From positions 1 to 64,000 of the forward strand of contig NMRA01000159.1 in NCBI GenBank assembly GCA_002633005.1: 64,000 nt of DNA. Reading direction: 5' to 3'. The notes under the pieces were generated by a model that was not told where the DNA came from, searched no databases, and saw only the letters and a list, made by a program, of their open reading frames with translations. The stretch comes from Phoronis australis. Lineage: Eukaryota; Animalia; Phoronida. A program made the position numbers and the translations under genes. Below, one piece after another: positions 1-11,700 of this stretch (positions are counted from its first letter, which is position 1; every line of letters starts with the position of its first letter).

Positions 1-99
1 TTGAAGGAAGGTACTTTGGTTAGGGATCGTTTAAAACGTATTTTTCACGAGTTTTCGCGGTCCATGCCACTTTAACGTAGAGAAAGGCCTCCGACAAGT

Positions 100-1136
100 A
101 GACGCTCAATCAAGTCCGCTGTTCGTCCTGTGTGCAGAAATTATGTCACTTCATATCAGAAGCAATGAATTGATTTAGAGTCTGTACAATAGCCAACCAC
201 GAAATTAAAATTTCACAGTATGAAGACAATACAGTTCTTTTCATTTTTAGGACATTATCTGGGCTTCACTTGAGTTATGAAAAATCCAAAGGCATGTTTG
301 TCTCAAAATTGCACCGTAATCGTTAAAAGCTGGCCCCAAAATCCCATTAAAAGGCTAGGAATATACTTTGGCGGAAAAGGGGACGACGCTGAAAAAATCC
401 AAAAGCTTAAAGACCTTTTCAATATTTGGAAAACACGAAATTTGTCCATAAAATGCAGCATCTTCATTACTAAAATTTTTGGTTTATCGAAACTCATTTG
501 TGTAGTGTCAACTGTGGGTATCATCAGAAAAAAAATTATCAGAGAATTCATGTGGTTAAATAAACCCCAAAAATAAAAGAATCTGTGACAATTTCGCCAT
601 ATCAAGAGGGCGGTTTGAAATATCCTAACATGAAACTTATATCAAATAAAACTCAATGTTTAATTGGGTGAAGCGTTTTAACACAGGATGAGGCAAGTTA
701 GAGGATATATCCAAGGCATGTTTTCATTCGCGTTGGCGGTGACCTCGTTTTTTCATCCAATTTTCAACTGAAAAGTGCAAAATTACAAACCCTTTTTGCA
801 AGAATGTTCTGACAGCGTTGGATATTCTTAATCCTGAAATATTTAAGGATGTACCAATATACAAACAAGTGATATGAAATAACCGCAACTTAACTGTTAA
901 AGGTAAACCATTATTTTACCAAGATCTCTACAACGCAGCTCTGATATTTTGTGATGATTCTTTAGATAGACAGAACAAACTTCTCAAATGGGAAACTATT
1001 CAGAAAAATTAACTTGAGGGATACGTCTATCATACCATTTTCTTCCATTACAACGACCTTGAAGAAAGTTCTGCCAGTGGGTGGGGCGGATAGAAGGATT
1101 GTCAGTTGTAACAACATTGGATTTTTATTGATCAAC
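100..1136 (+). mobile_element. Degenerate L1/Tx1-clade LINE ORF2 remnant (RT C-terminal part)
   Basis: Broken frames read LFVLCAEIM, ISQYEDNT (a YADD-like motif), IKRLGIYFG, WKTRNLS..KIFGLSKL and GGLKYP. There are many stops and frameshifts. It resembles the LINE at 42576-44656. Confidence 0.75.
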
Positions 1137-1730
1137 AGTTTCAAGACATCTGCAGCGAAGGGCAAGCGGACGGTCGGGAGAGGGTCAGACGAATCTGTAG
1201 TGACCAACGTCTAGGGGAATGTCTGAAGGGAGCAACACTGATGGCAAGATTGCAGTGGAACATCTGTCAACGGTGGAGTTCAAGTCGAGGGCGTAGAAGT
1301 AACGTTGGGTAACTAGCATCAACTGATTGGATGAAGGATGATCCAAGCTGAGATGAAGAGCCATGTGTAGACCGTCTAAGACAGAACGTGGAACAACTAT
1401 GCATTCGCGAATCGGAGCGAGGGGTGCATTTCTACGGACAACTCAGTAGCAAGCCACCACTGTAGCTCCCTTGACAATGTACAGGTAACGCTTCATTTCT
1501 CGAATATCACTCAGCTTCTTACTGGGACGCGTATCCTGAGTTAGATGAGCATGAGTACGGCGTAGGTCTGGGCACTCAGTTTGAATACTATGCCAAGCAG
1601 AACCGGTAGTGCCCGGAAGCTTCGACGCACCACTTAGATCAGATGTCGTCTGTGGATGAACGAAAGACCGCGCAATCTTCGGTAGAACAGCCACGAAGGA
1701 GCACACCTGGCACGCCATGTCTGAACATGT
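1137..1730 (-). mobile_element. Gypsy-like LTR retrotransposon pol remnant (pre-integrase region and integrase HHCC finger)
   Basis: The minus strand reads WHSIQTECPDLRRTHAHLTQDTRPSKK.., then RSVLDGLHMALHLSLDHPSSNQL..RYFYALDL..CHQCCSL..FAADVLK (H-H-C-C integrase finger followed by the start of the core). The frame is interrupted. Confidence 0.7.
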
Positions 1731-3161
1731 ATGAATTAAATTTCGACTCAGGTGTAAAAGTAATTTTTATACTTCCATATGCAAAAATACAGGCAAGATA
1801 ATTCGGTTATTAGACGGTCCGAAAAAGCCTATAGATGGGTACTAGTACACTTTGTAATGCATGGCTAAATTGGGCTCCAATTAAGCACGTTATGATGAAT
1901 ACGGACAAATGAGTGCGTACTTGCGTTTAAAAAGAATATGATGAATAAATATCTGCGAAATATCAATACATGTCAAGATGGCATCAGGGTCGCCGCGACC
2001 GAAATCCGCTGCGCCCCAATCAACCTCGCCCACCGCCCAGGCTACTGACATGTAAGTTGGAAATCTTTTCCGTCAAGTTTGTTCCTCGTGTAAAGTCTGT
2101 GAGGCTGTGCACCACTGACACTGACTGACAATGAGAGAAGAATTTTCTTCCTCAATGAATGTTTTTATTGGGGTCTTGACCCACTTTCGAATCGCCGACT
2201 AATGTGAACGTGCTCGTGGCTGGGTATACAGGTGTTTTCTCAGCACGGCTACTAAATGCTTGTTTTTTAGCATTTCCGATGACACAAATTTCATTTTTAT
2301 TGGTTTTCGTTACAAACTTAGAGATAATTTAGGTCCTCTAAATTAGCGCATTTTGCAACATTCTCAGCGCAGAATCTCACTGTATGCCATACCGTGAATA
2401 ATACGCTTACAAGGAAGTCACGCATTTCTAAAGATATGCGGGTCCCGGAATTTTCACCGCTCTTCTTTCTGAGCGGCTGGTACCAGGATCAAAGAGAGCG
2501 CGACGTCGGAATCAGGTACAGTTGTTATGACCGCATTGCCCGATGCCAGCAAGACCCAATTAAATGTAATTATCCGACCATGACATCTCTGACTGTACAC
2601 AATGGCGAATTTTCAAAATGCATTAACCACTAATTTTCGTTATAAACGAACAGCTGGAAAAAAAACAACCAAGTACAGTTTTCGGTTTTTAAAAATCTAT
2701 GAACTAATAATCTAAAAACTACAACCATTGAATACGATTGAAGATAAACTACCGCGCGTATTGATATACTCGGTGGATATACAAACGCTGATCAGAGTTA
2801 AAAATATCACATCGTTTTCATTTTTTAATATTCTTTCAATCTCGTTTAACCACATTTTTGACCAGCAAACAGTTCTTGTTCCTACTTTTCATTTTTTTAT
2901 TACTGACAAAGAGCTAGAATAGTTATATAGTCAGCGCCACCGAAATTGTCCAGAGATTCCAAATCTTCAGTTTGGTTATCACCATATTTGCACATTTGTA
3001 CATATTTTATGATTTGAGTTCTAATAAAGATTAAACTTTAATGACACGTGAAATGTTTAGTGTATACCTGTAGTGTGGTAAGTTTAGGGATGGGCTCACA
3101 ATGAACTTAACTAAGTTTAGCTGGCGATCAAAATCTACCACTGTTTTGGTACTTCAAGTTC

Positions 3162-3669
3162 CAAACTTGGATAAAAAGTTATCAATCCGTTCCCGGTAAG
3201 AAAAAACAAGTGGGCAGAAGCATTAAAAATTAAATAAAGAAAACCGGAAACTCACCGTTTAGTCTTTAGGAAGTGACCCTTTGTGAAGATAAACACAAGT
3301 TAACCTTTTTAGTCATTTTGTAATATTTATAATGTACCAAGTTAAAACTACTCTCCAGAGTTGCAGGCTGGCTGTAACTCTGCAAATGTCAGAGAAAACC
3401 AAATTGGGGGTACTCAAAACTTAGATAAAAAGTTATCAACCCGTTTCCGGTAAGAAATAAACAAGTGGGCAGAAGCATTAAAAATTAAATAAAGAAAACC
3501 AATATAAAAATTATCGTTCCTTTGGGAAGTGGCTCTTTGTGAAAATAAACACAAGTTAACCTTTTTAGTCATGTTATAATATTTATAATTAATGTACCAA
3601 GTTAAAACAACTCTCCAGAGTTGCAGGCTAGAACTCTGCAAATGTCACAGAAAGCCAACTTGGGGGTAC
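3162..3669. repeat. Tandem duplication of a ~253-bp unit (3162-3413 and 3415-3669)
   Basis: Both copies start aaactt(g/a)gataaaaagttatcaa, end ttgggggtac, and are roughly 90% identical by eye. Confidence 0.9.
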
Positions 3670-4949
3670 GGTAGGCCTGCTAACAACAACCGTTGTTGAA
3701 ACAGTAATGCTAGCATTGACCTTTCCACTTCATTAGGTCAGATCTACTTCAATACAAAGGGCGTACTGAATAGGCATCGTAAAAATTGTCTGGGGTTTAG
3801 GGAATCAGAGCGGTCACATGCAGTGTAAGCGAGAAATTCTTCACATGAAAAACAGGCTTCTGGGGCAGGAGTTCGGATTATTTCATGAGTCTCATTATCG
3901 GGTCTAATTTCTATACGGTAAGAGTCTCGACTTTAACAGTGTCGACTTAACTTTAGGCTTCAACTCTAACTTTCGAATCTCCCTTTTGGCTTTGGATACT
4001 TTGTGCGATTTTAGAGTCGACCCTCAGTAAAGGATGAATGACGTCGGCCTAATTTTATATTTTCTATTTAGAGTTAAATAAACTGTCTCACTATCTCTAG
4101 GCTGGACTTTGCACGATGTCACCACGGTTCTTTTGCTTGCGATACCCGGTAACTAAAAAAATCCACGACGGTGCGAAACATTTTTACGTAAGACCACAGA
4201 TTATAGACAACATAGATAGTCTATGGCATGAAAAATATGAGGAGCGCGATGCTGGACCCTCCACCGATTCCCGTTTATATTTGTATGGACGCTAAACGTG
4301 GCATCTTTATAGTTGTCATTACAATTTTTTGAAGTCACCGTCTTTGTTTTCCTATGGTCAAGGAGCGCAGAGACATGTTTTAATTAGCGTATGGCCGTAT
4401 ACAACACGGCCGCGTGTATCAACTGGATTGACTCGGGTTACGCCTGTTAGAGATTCTAATGCTAACGTCGCCTTTGGTTGAAAAATAAAACCAGCCTGCT
4501 GCTGTGTGTGTGAACTATGAATCTTGCTTAATCTCAAGATCGCGTATATGGGTGAACTTAGAATAGGCCTACACTGGAAACTTGAGAAGTTCACTCAAAT
4601 AATCACCTCCACTAGGATAAAAATTTGCACTGAAGTAAGTCAAACTACATTTTAGTAAAATAACGTAAATTTTAACTAATAGATTTCCCATTATTGGCGA
4701 TCTTATTCACCAAACAATTGGTGATTTAATCATTCACATATACTTCCAATTCTATGACACAAGTTACGCTAAAGAAGAAAATGGATGACCATGAGGCTAA
4801 AAATTCGATACACTGAACAAAAAATTCACCTGCTTGCCCAAATGAATAGTCAATTCCAAGTTCACGCATACGCGAACTCTAGATCAAGCAGGATTCCAAG
4901 TTCACGCACAGCACCTGCTAGGACATCTGGCGTTCCGAAAAGAAAGTTA

Positions 4950-5071
4950 GATGCAGCCATTTTGCGAAGCGTGCAAGTTTTGGACTTCTTGAATGTTGTG
5001 CGTGTTGTTGAATTGTTTACGTCGCAATTGCCTGCTTATTGCTTCTTGAAATACTTTTTGTCACTGTAAGT
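4950..5071 (+). promoter_or_regulatory. Probable promoter and non-coding first exon of the CIZ1-like gene
   Basis: YY1-type GCCATTTT at about 4956, local CpG enrichment, and a strong donor GTAAGT at 5066. No transcript evidence. Confidence 0.4.
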
Positions 5072-5357
5072 TTTCATTGGTTGAGTTTTTGGAGCTCCGC
5101 ATTCGGGCAGTCGCATTTGATAAGCTGATAAGTGAAACTGCGGTGTGCGATGCTCGCTGTTGAATTTCGGTCCTTCATTTAGCAGTTCAAAGAACAAGTT
5201 TCATCCACTTTCTTTTGGGTTTGGAGTTCTAGTTGTGAGCACCTCCAACATCTGTTTTTTGCTTTTGAAAATGTCGGTCACGGCAGATGTAGGGGTGGAG
5301 CAGTTCGGCAGAAAAATCTACTCCGCAAAAGGGGGTGGGAATTAGCAGGCCTGAAAG

Positions 5358-6796
5358 TAGGCAATGACCATCGCCTCTATTGGCCCGACCAGAGGCGATG
5401 CAGCTCCTATAGGTGCTCCATACGCGGGAAGCTTTTCGGCGAATTATGCCTCGCACAGACTAAGACATCAAAGTTATAAATACCTTTTGCGCATAGATGA
5501 ACACCTTAGGAGGTTGTCCATGTGTTTAATTCCTTCCAACTCGAACAAATACTCCCGTTATCAAACTTTTTCTTCGAGCAGTCCCTATTTCAATTCCCAA
5601 CTCACCATTTTCACTCGGTGCACGCCAAGAGATATAACCTCATTGTTTTAACCAGGCCGAAGGTCAGAAGTTGCGGTCCTACCGGCGAACTTTGAAAGCT
5701 GAAGTCCCTGCCCTTTGCGTACGTGCTACCGGGAACCAGCCGTGCATTTGCCATGTTGATAAACATTAAAATGTCAAATATGTGGACAAAGACTATTAAA
5801 TGTAATATCAACAGCATTTATTTTTATCAAATACAAACGTTAATTCATTGAAATACAATCAGTTTCAAGTAACGCCAATTAAAGACAAGTAGTGGTGGCA
5901 TTTTGGAAACAAACATTTGACTGACAAAACCGCAATGGCTTGCCTTTGACCTATTTAAAGATTGAGGTCATGAAGTCACATCACCTAGCGAGCGCTGTAA
6001 AAATTGGAGCGTGCGCAGTATAAAAATGGTGAGTTCACGATTTTGGGAACTGAACGAGTGACTGCTCGACAGGGCTTAGAATTTTCCGCGGAAACGCGGA
6101 TTTCCGCTTTTTTCAAATGTTCTGTCCGCGCATTTTATTATATTTCCGCGTGAAAAAAATCGGATTTGATATAAAATTTCCGCGGCAAATTCCTTTCTTA
6201 CCGCGGCGTTGCAGACGACGTTCACCTTGAAAAGCGGAAGTTGCTCTTTATGTATTGGAGGAACGCAAATTGTCAACATTGCCGGGGCATTTGGGTAAGC
6301 GTGGTGGGATTTTCAATGGCATCTCGTGTTATTGTAAACCGGGGCGACAAATACTACGGCTCTGCAGCCAAAAATGTGTGGGTTTGGAGTGGAAGGACGA
6401 GCTAAAAGGACGCAGACGCATGCTAGTGATGGTGGTAACGTTTTTTTTTAGTCCTCCCGATTCTTGTCGGGGAAAGGTTTACATCGACCATTTCAAGGCT
6501 GGGTAGCGTGCATGGTTTGGCCGTAAAAGTTTCTGCGTTTTTTGTCATTAGTCATTCCAAGCCCTGGCTCGAACAAAAAGTTCGATATCGGAAGTACTTG
6601 TTCGAGTTGGAAGGAATTAAACACACTGACAACCTCCTAAGGTGTCCCTCTATATGCAAAAGGTATTTATAACAACGTGACTTTCATGCTTTAGCCAGTG
6701 TGAGACATAATTTGCCGAAAAGCTTCCGGCGTATGGAGCGCCTATAGGAGCTGCATAGCCTCTGGTTGGGCCAACAGAGGCGATGGTCATTGCCTA
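5358..6796. mobile_element. Non-autonomous Mutator-like (MULE) foldback element with a nested hAT-like MITE
   Basis: Long TIRs of about 230 bp (TAGGCAATGACCATCGCCTC...GAGGCGATGGTCATTGCCTA). 9-bp TSD gcctgaaag/gcctgacag. A second copy lies at 50377-51309. Confidence 0.88.
6070..6566. mobile_element. hAT-like MITE with a 6-bp TSD, nested in the MULE
   Basis: TIR CAGGGCTT(A/G)GAA...TTCCAAGCCCTG. TSD gctcga on both sides. A second copy lies at 29864-30367. Confidence 0.88.
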
Positions 6797-7996
6797 GCCT
6801 GACAGCTGCAACGGGGTTTTTAGTACACACCTGTGGGCACCTTGTCAATGTGAGCCCCCCCGGGTTCACCAGGTGTGTAGGGTTGTCTTGCTATTTTTGA
6901 GAATAGCCGTTTTGGAAGAAACGTGGAGTGTCCTATTCCACAGTGTTGTTTAATATCAAGTATATACGTTAATACAGTCGGTTGGCAATGAATAACTCGG
7001 GGTTGAAAATGTTAAAATCAAAGTAGAGATGAGATTTTTAACTCTAAGTTACATATATAGATTGAATTTCAGCCTACATGGAAAAATGTTGGTTAAGCTT
7101 CATCTTTATGGGACTTTCAATTTGTGTAGTTCATGGTAATGGACCTGACATGTATTTGTGTAACTGTAGTTTTCTAAAATGGCGAAGCGCCGGTGAAAAC
7201 TGATGAAATGGGTGGAGAAACTGTAACTTTTATCGTGTTCACATTCATTAAAAAGAGATCGTACAACAATGTAAATTGTATTGCACGGAATAGTCAATAG
7301 TTTAATGAACCACAGACAAGTCTAGTTATCTCAGTAGTTGCTGCATTGAATGACCTGATTCAATTTTAACGGGTAGTCTGAAGCCCTGTCCTGGCATGTC
7401 CACTTTAATGCAACTTCAGTTGGTCATTGAAGTTCCATATGTAGACTGACACGAAACTCTTATACACATAGATCACACTGACACTTTGTTGTGGTGCTGG
7501 GGTCCGCATCCGCTGCGTCCACCACCACGCTTCTTTCGAATCCTAGGCAATGGGGGATCGCATGTCCTGTACTCGCGTGCGGCAACAGGCTTTGCATCCC
7601 CCTGGGTACAGTCACCTCCACCCTCCTTTCAAAACCCAGGGGACACGGTACATATCCTGAAGTTTTTTTCAGGGACGTAAATAGTTACTGTTTAAGAAGG
7701 TGAATTCATTTTCAGATTTCAGTGGGGGCAAACTATGATCTTCTTAGTTATTGAACTGTCTCCAGTTCATACTAAAACTGAATTTTGGAGTTTTGAAAGT
7801 ACCATAGGTTAACTGTATAGTTTTGCGCAATTTTGAGTTTCACATAGTAGGGAACAATGGGTGGACTTGGCACCTACAGAGAAGGTATGTCTTGGAGTGG
7901 GATTGTTTTAGTTGAGTGAGGAGTTTCACAAGTTGGATGTCAGACTAATGACGGAAACATTGACATAAAGGAATTGACGAGTAGTTTTTGAATGTC

Positions 7997-8171
7997 AATT
8001 GACCTATCGCAAGCTCTGCCCACTTGCCTGAAGTTGACAACAAACAATAAATGTTACGTGATGACTTGTTTGACGGGTAAAATGGCGGCTTGGAAACGAA
8101 TGTGGTTCAAAAATGCTGCTTTCTGATCGGTCAGTTAAGCCGTCCCTCAAAATCCTGGCGATAGGTCAATT
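7997..8171. mobile_element. Small MITE-like element
   Basis: Terminal inverted repeat AATTGACCTATCGC...GCGATAGGTCAATT. Confidence 0.6.
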
Positions 8172-8261
8172 ATGGCTTCATTTGAAGACTACTGAAGGTG
8201 AAACAAAAGACCCTTGATTTTTGATTTTAGACATTGCTATTGAGGGCTGTTTTACAGGAGC

Positions 8262-8430
8262 AGACAGTGTGGCTCAGTGGATAGAGCTCCTTACTCCTGC
8301 TTGAGAGACCTGGATTCAAATCCTGGCTTCACTGGCTGACATTCGAGCATTGCACAAAGGTCTAATATTCCTCTGAGCTCGGTCGTACTTGTGACTGAGC
8401 AAGGGAGTGAATGAGAACCTGGATATATTG
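8262..8430 (+). mobile_element. tRNA-derived SINE
   Basis: A box TGGCTCAGTGG and B box GGATTCAAATCC at tRNA-like spacing, without a proper cloverleaf. Confidence 0.6.
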
Positions 8431-8680
8431 CGAAAAGCGATTTCTGGGGCTGTGCTCGTATTTACGGGGTGTTTCATAAATACAAAAAATCAAGTAGTTT
8501 TAACAGATTCTATGATGCTATTTCTCAGAATGAATCGCATCATAGTTTCGAGTTAGTCAATGAGATACCCTAGAATATCAAGGTATAAGAATGATCACTA
8601 ATCAATTTTTGGCAGAATATTGTGTGGAGACGTGCAACAAAAACTGAAAGGTAGTATTCTATTGCAGGTTGTCTGGCGCA

Positions 8681-8781
8681 ATGTATAACAAACAGAGAAT
8701 TAGTGGGTTGCTAGGCAACCATCCCAACACAGGCGCAGGGCTGTTGCCTTTACCCCAAGGCAACTTGAGCTCCAACTATGA
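8681..8781 (+). CDS. CIZ1-like coding exon 1 (MYNKQRISGLLGNHP..SSNY)
   Basis: Acceptor ttgcag before 8668, ATG at 8681, phase-2 donor GTGAGT that matches the next exon. Confidence 0.7.
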
Positions 8782-11700
8782 GTGAGTAGAAAACATTATT
8801 GGATTTATGGTCATAGTATATGCACAAAGACATTTTTGGGCTGAAATAACTTCAGGTTGATGTTCTTAATGTTAGTACGGTGAAAACTCCCTCTGTTTAA
8901 GATGTACAATGAAGAAAGGTAAAGTTGCGTTGATAAATTTCTCAACAAAAATTAGTTGTAAGATAATTCTCTGGGATCTCCATCTCCTATTTTGACTGGC
9001 TGCGGTAACGAGTTTGAATTACACTCGCTTTTTTGTGTCCAGTTAGAAAACCAGTGCAACGAGTTGGCGAATTTTCGGGAGATTAGTCGACGTTTAAGCA
9101 AAATTTTCTACTTGTGACATTAGTTTAATGCGCCGATTCCAGAACTTTACATTTTAAAGTCTCCATCATGTGAACATGGAGTTTTGAACTTGTACAAGAG
9201 ACCTGCAATTCCATCCAGTCTTCCATAATTACAGATAACAGTTGCCGTGCTTTTGTCTTGAGGAACATTTGGTGCAATTTTTATCAATTTGAAATCTGGC
9301 AATTTAAGTCAAAAATTTTTATAGGCTTGGGCTTCCATTGGTCAAGTTGCCAGNCCAGTCTTCCATAATTACAGATAACAGTTGCCGTGCTTTTGTCTTG
9401 AGGAACATTTGGTGCAATTTTTATCAATTTGAAATCTGGCAATTTAAGTCAAAAATTTTTATAGGCTTGGGCTTCCATTGGTCAAGTTGCCAGCAGAGGA
9501 TTGTGGGTGGAAACGGAGCATGGTGAAGCGAAACCAATTTGACTGTTTGTCGAACACTTCACGTCAACTTATCAATGAAAATGAATTTTAGAAACCCAAC
9601 TCACGAGTTGACTACCAGCCGGCGTGGTTCAAATCCGAACAGCGTCGACATTTATTTTTGTTAACGCAACACAAATTTAGTAATACTTGGCCTTGGAAGT
9701 TGGTGCCCTTTGTTGTCCAGACTCCCCTGAAAGTATGGTTTTGTATTTGGGTAATGTGTTTACTGTGCTGCGTGTGTGTGGGGGGAGGGGGGGTCATAGC
9801 TCTTGACAGCATAACAGTCCTGCTTCACCATCAGGTCACATGCTGTTGTCTTTGAATTGTTAAAGCAGTGTCTCAACTGTCTAAAAACAAAAATCGAATT
9901 GAGCCTTTTCCTCTCATCAAAATTAGTCTTGTAATATTCTTTACCATGAGAAGATTATATTTCCATTATAAACCAGAACATCGTAACTATTGGTGAAAAA
10001 AAACTGCTTCAGAGTTTATTAGTTGCGAATTCAAAAATGGCGCATGTACACATTGCCTGTGGTTTCAATTGGTATCAGAAGTTATACATTGAATTAAAAG
10101 ATTTGATATTTGTTTTTTTTAGCTATCAAAACAGGGAAAATGTATCCTTAATTAATGACCTGCTTTTTAGCACTGGGCTTGACTCTTATGATAACTTCTT
10201 TGACCGGCGATCCACCAGTCGACTTCAAGACGATTTTGACGATTATAGGCAGGATTACGACCTAGACAGGTAATTAATTGTATGAAAGTGGAATGGGGAT
10301 GGGATGTTACTGATCTCAAGGAGAAAAAATGGCATTCAAAAATGTGTCATTGAATTGGTGCATTTTGTGTGACAAATGGAATTCAAAATATCGATTTTAA
10401 CTGTGCCCTAAAGGTCACCGCCCCATCATAAAAAACTGCATTAGAAGTGTTTGCATAAGAAGGTATTACAAAAAATTCACTAGCTGAATGTGTAATCTCT
10501 TTCATATACATTGTCTGATTGGACTCTGATGAAGTGTTGATCATTCGCAAGTGAAGGAGAACTGCGCCCTGAGCGTTTTTTTGGAACAAAACGCTTAGTA
10601 ATGTGGCGGGTAAACCCAATTAGGGGTGTTAGACTCAATTAGGGTGCTTGACCCAATTAGGCATGCTTGACCCAGTTAGGCGTGCTCGTATTCTAGGTCT
10701 TTGTTTGCAGCTTACTGCATCTTAAGATTTTGTTATTCTTGATTGGATTGTAATTGGAAGAATAGTGAATACCTTAGTTTCTTCTTTTAATTGATAATAG
10801 TGATTTTCCCACAAATTCTCTGTTCTTTGTTATGTCGGTTGTGTGCTAGTGGGCTGGCCATAAATAGCCGTCTGACATAACGAGGAATTCCGATAGCGCT
10901 TGGCCATCGTGGCGAGGATTAAAGGGTCATTTTGTCTAATCTTTTTTGGCATGTACTGTGTTGGGTCAATGTTGTTTTAAGCAGTCTCGAGATTATGGGA
11001 TCTTTGATTTTCTCTTTTCACAGGCAACAGCTGGGATCCATACAGAAAGAGTTGGGTGGCCGACACGCTAGTGACTCTGGTGTGGGTCTAATGGACTTGG
11101 GCGGCAGACGAAGCAGTGACATGGGTTTAATGGATATGGGTGGCCGGCATTCCACTGACATTAGCATGGGTTTGATGGATGTCGGGGGCCGACGGGGCGG
11201 TGACTCTGGTTTGAGTTTGATGGGTGTCGGAGGTCGACGCGGGGGAGACTCTGGTATGGGCTTGTTGGANNNNNNNNNNNTATACTTCTATGTCAAGTGA
11301 ATATTGGAACTTGTTTATCTTACTCCTCATACTTTTTATTTAAAAATCATCAATTTTCTTATATGTGTTAACACCAGTTCAGTGTTGCATAACTTTTTAA
11401 TTCAATAGGACTGCAGACAAACAGTTGGCTTAAATCAAGTTGCCCATGACTTGATTAATGACTTAGTGAACATATTGCACTCTATTCACTGGCAATATGG
11501 GCTTTTTTGTATTTGGATAAGTTAGGACAATTGCATTTTTTTTTTGAGTTTTTACGGCTGAAGTAACCAACCTATGGACATTAACAGGTCAAAAAATACC
11601 ACCCATTTTTAATGCATCACTTCTTACAGGAACGACCACCCATAATTTGAGTATTTTTCTGAAGACCACCACCCATGAATTTTTATTTCTACTGCCGTCC

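Larger units (their letters stand above)
10030..11269 (+). repeat. Duplicate of ~11760-13020 containing CIZ1-like exon 2 and part of exon 3, ending at an N gap (probably a second haplotype)
   Basis: Near-identical to 11760-13020 with SNPs and small indels. It stops at the N run 11270-11280. Confidence 0.85.

Noticed and set aside
7857-7884. ATG plus donor (MGGLGTYRE|GT) as the first coding exon of the CIZ1-like gene
   Set aside because: Its phase-1 end gives a stop when spliced to exon 2, whereas 8681-8781 fits the phase. It may be a 5' UTR exon or uORF.
8262-8340. tRNA gene
   Set aside because: A and B boxes are present but there is no acceptor or anticodon stem pairing. It is a SINE head, as are 15326 and 53872.
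9212-9493. Tandem duplication as a biological feature
   Set aside because: The copies are identical and meet exactly at an N, typical of an unmerged contig overlap.
10525-10575. Possible C/D-box snoRNA (TGATGA...CTGA) in an intron
   Set aside because: Too short, no terminal stem, and no recognisable rRNA guide.
10613-10685. 19-bp repeat (cccaattagg..ttga) x4, also at about 12360-12430
   Set aside because: An ordinary short degenerate tandem repeat; the second occurrence is part of the haplotype duplication.
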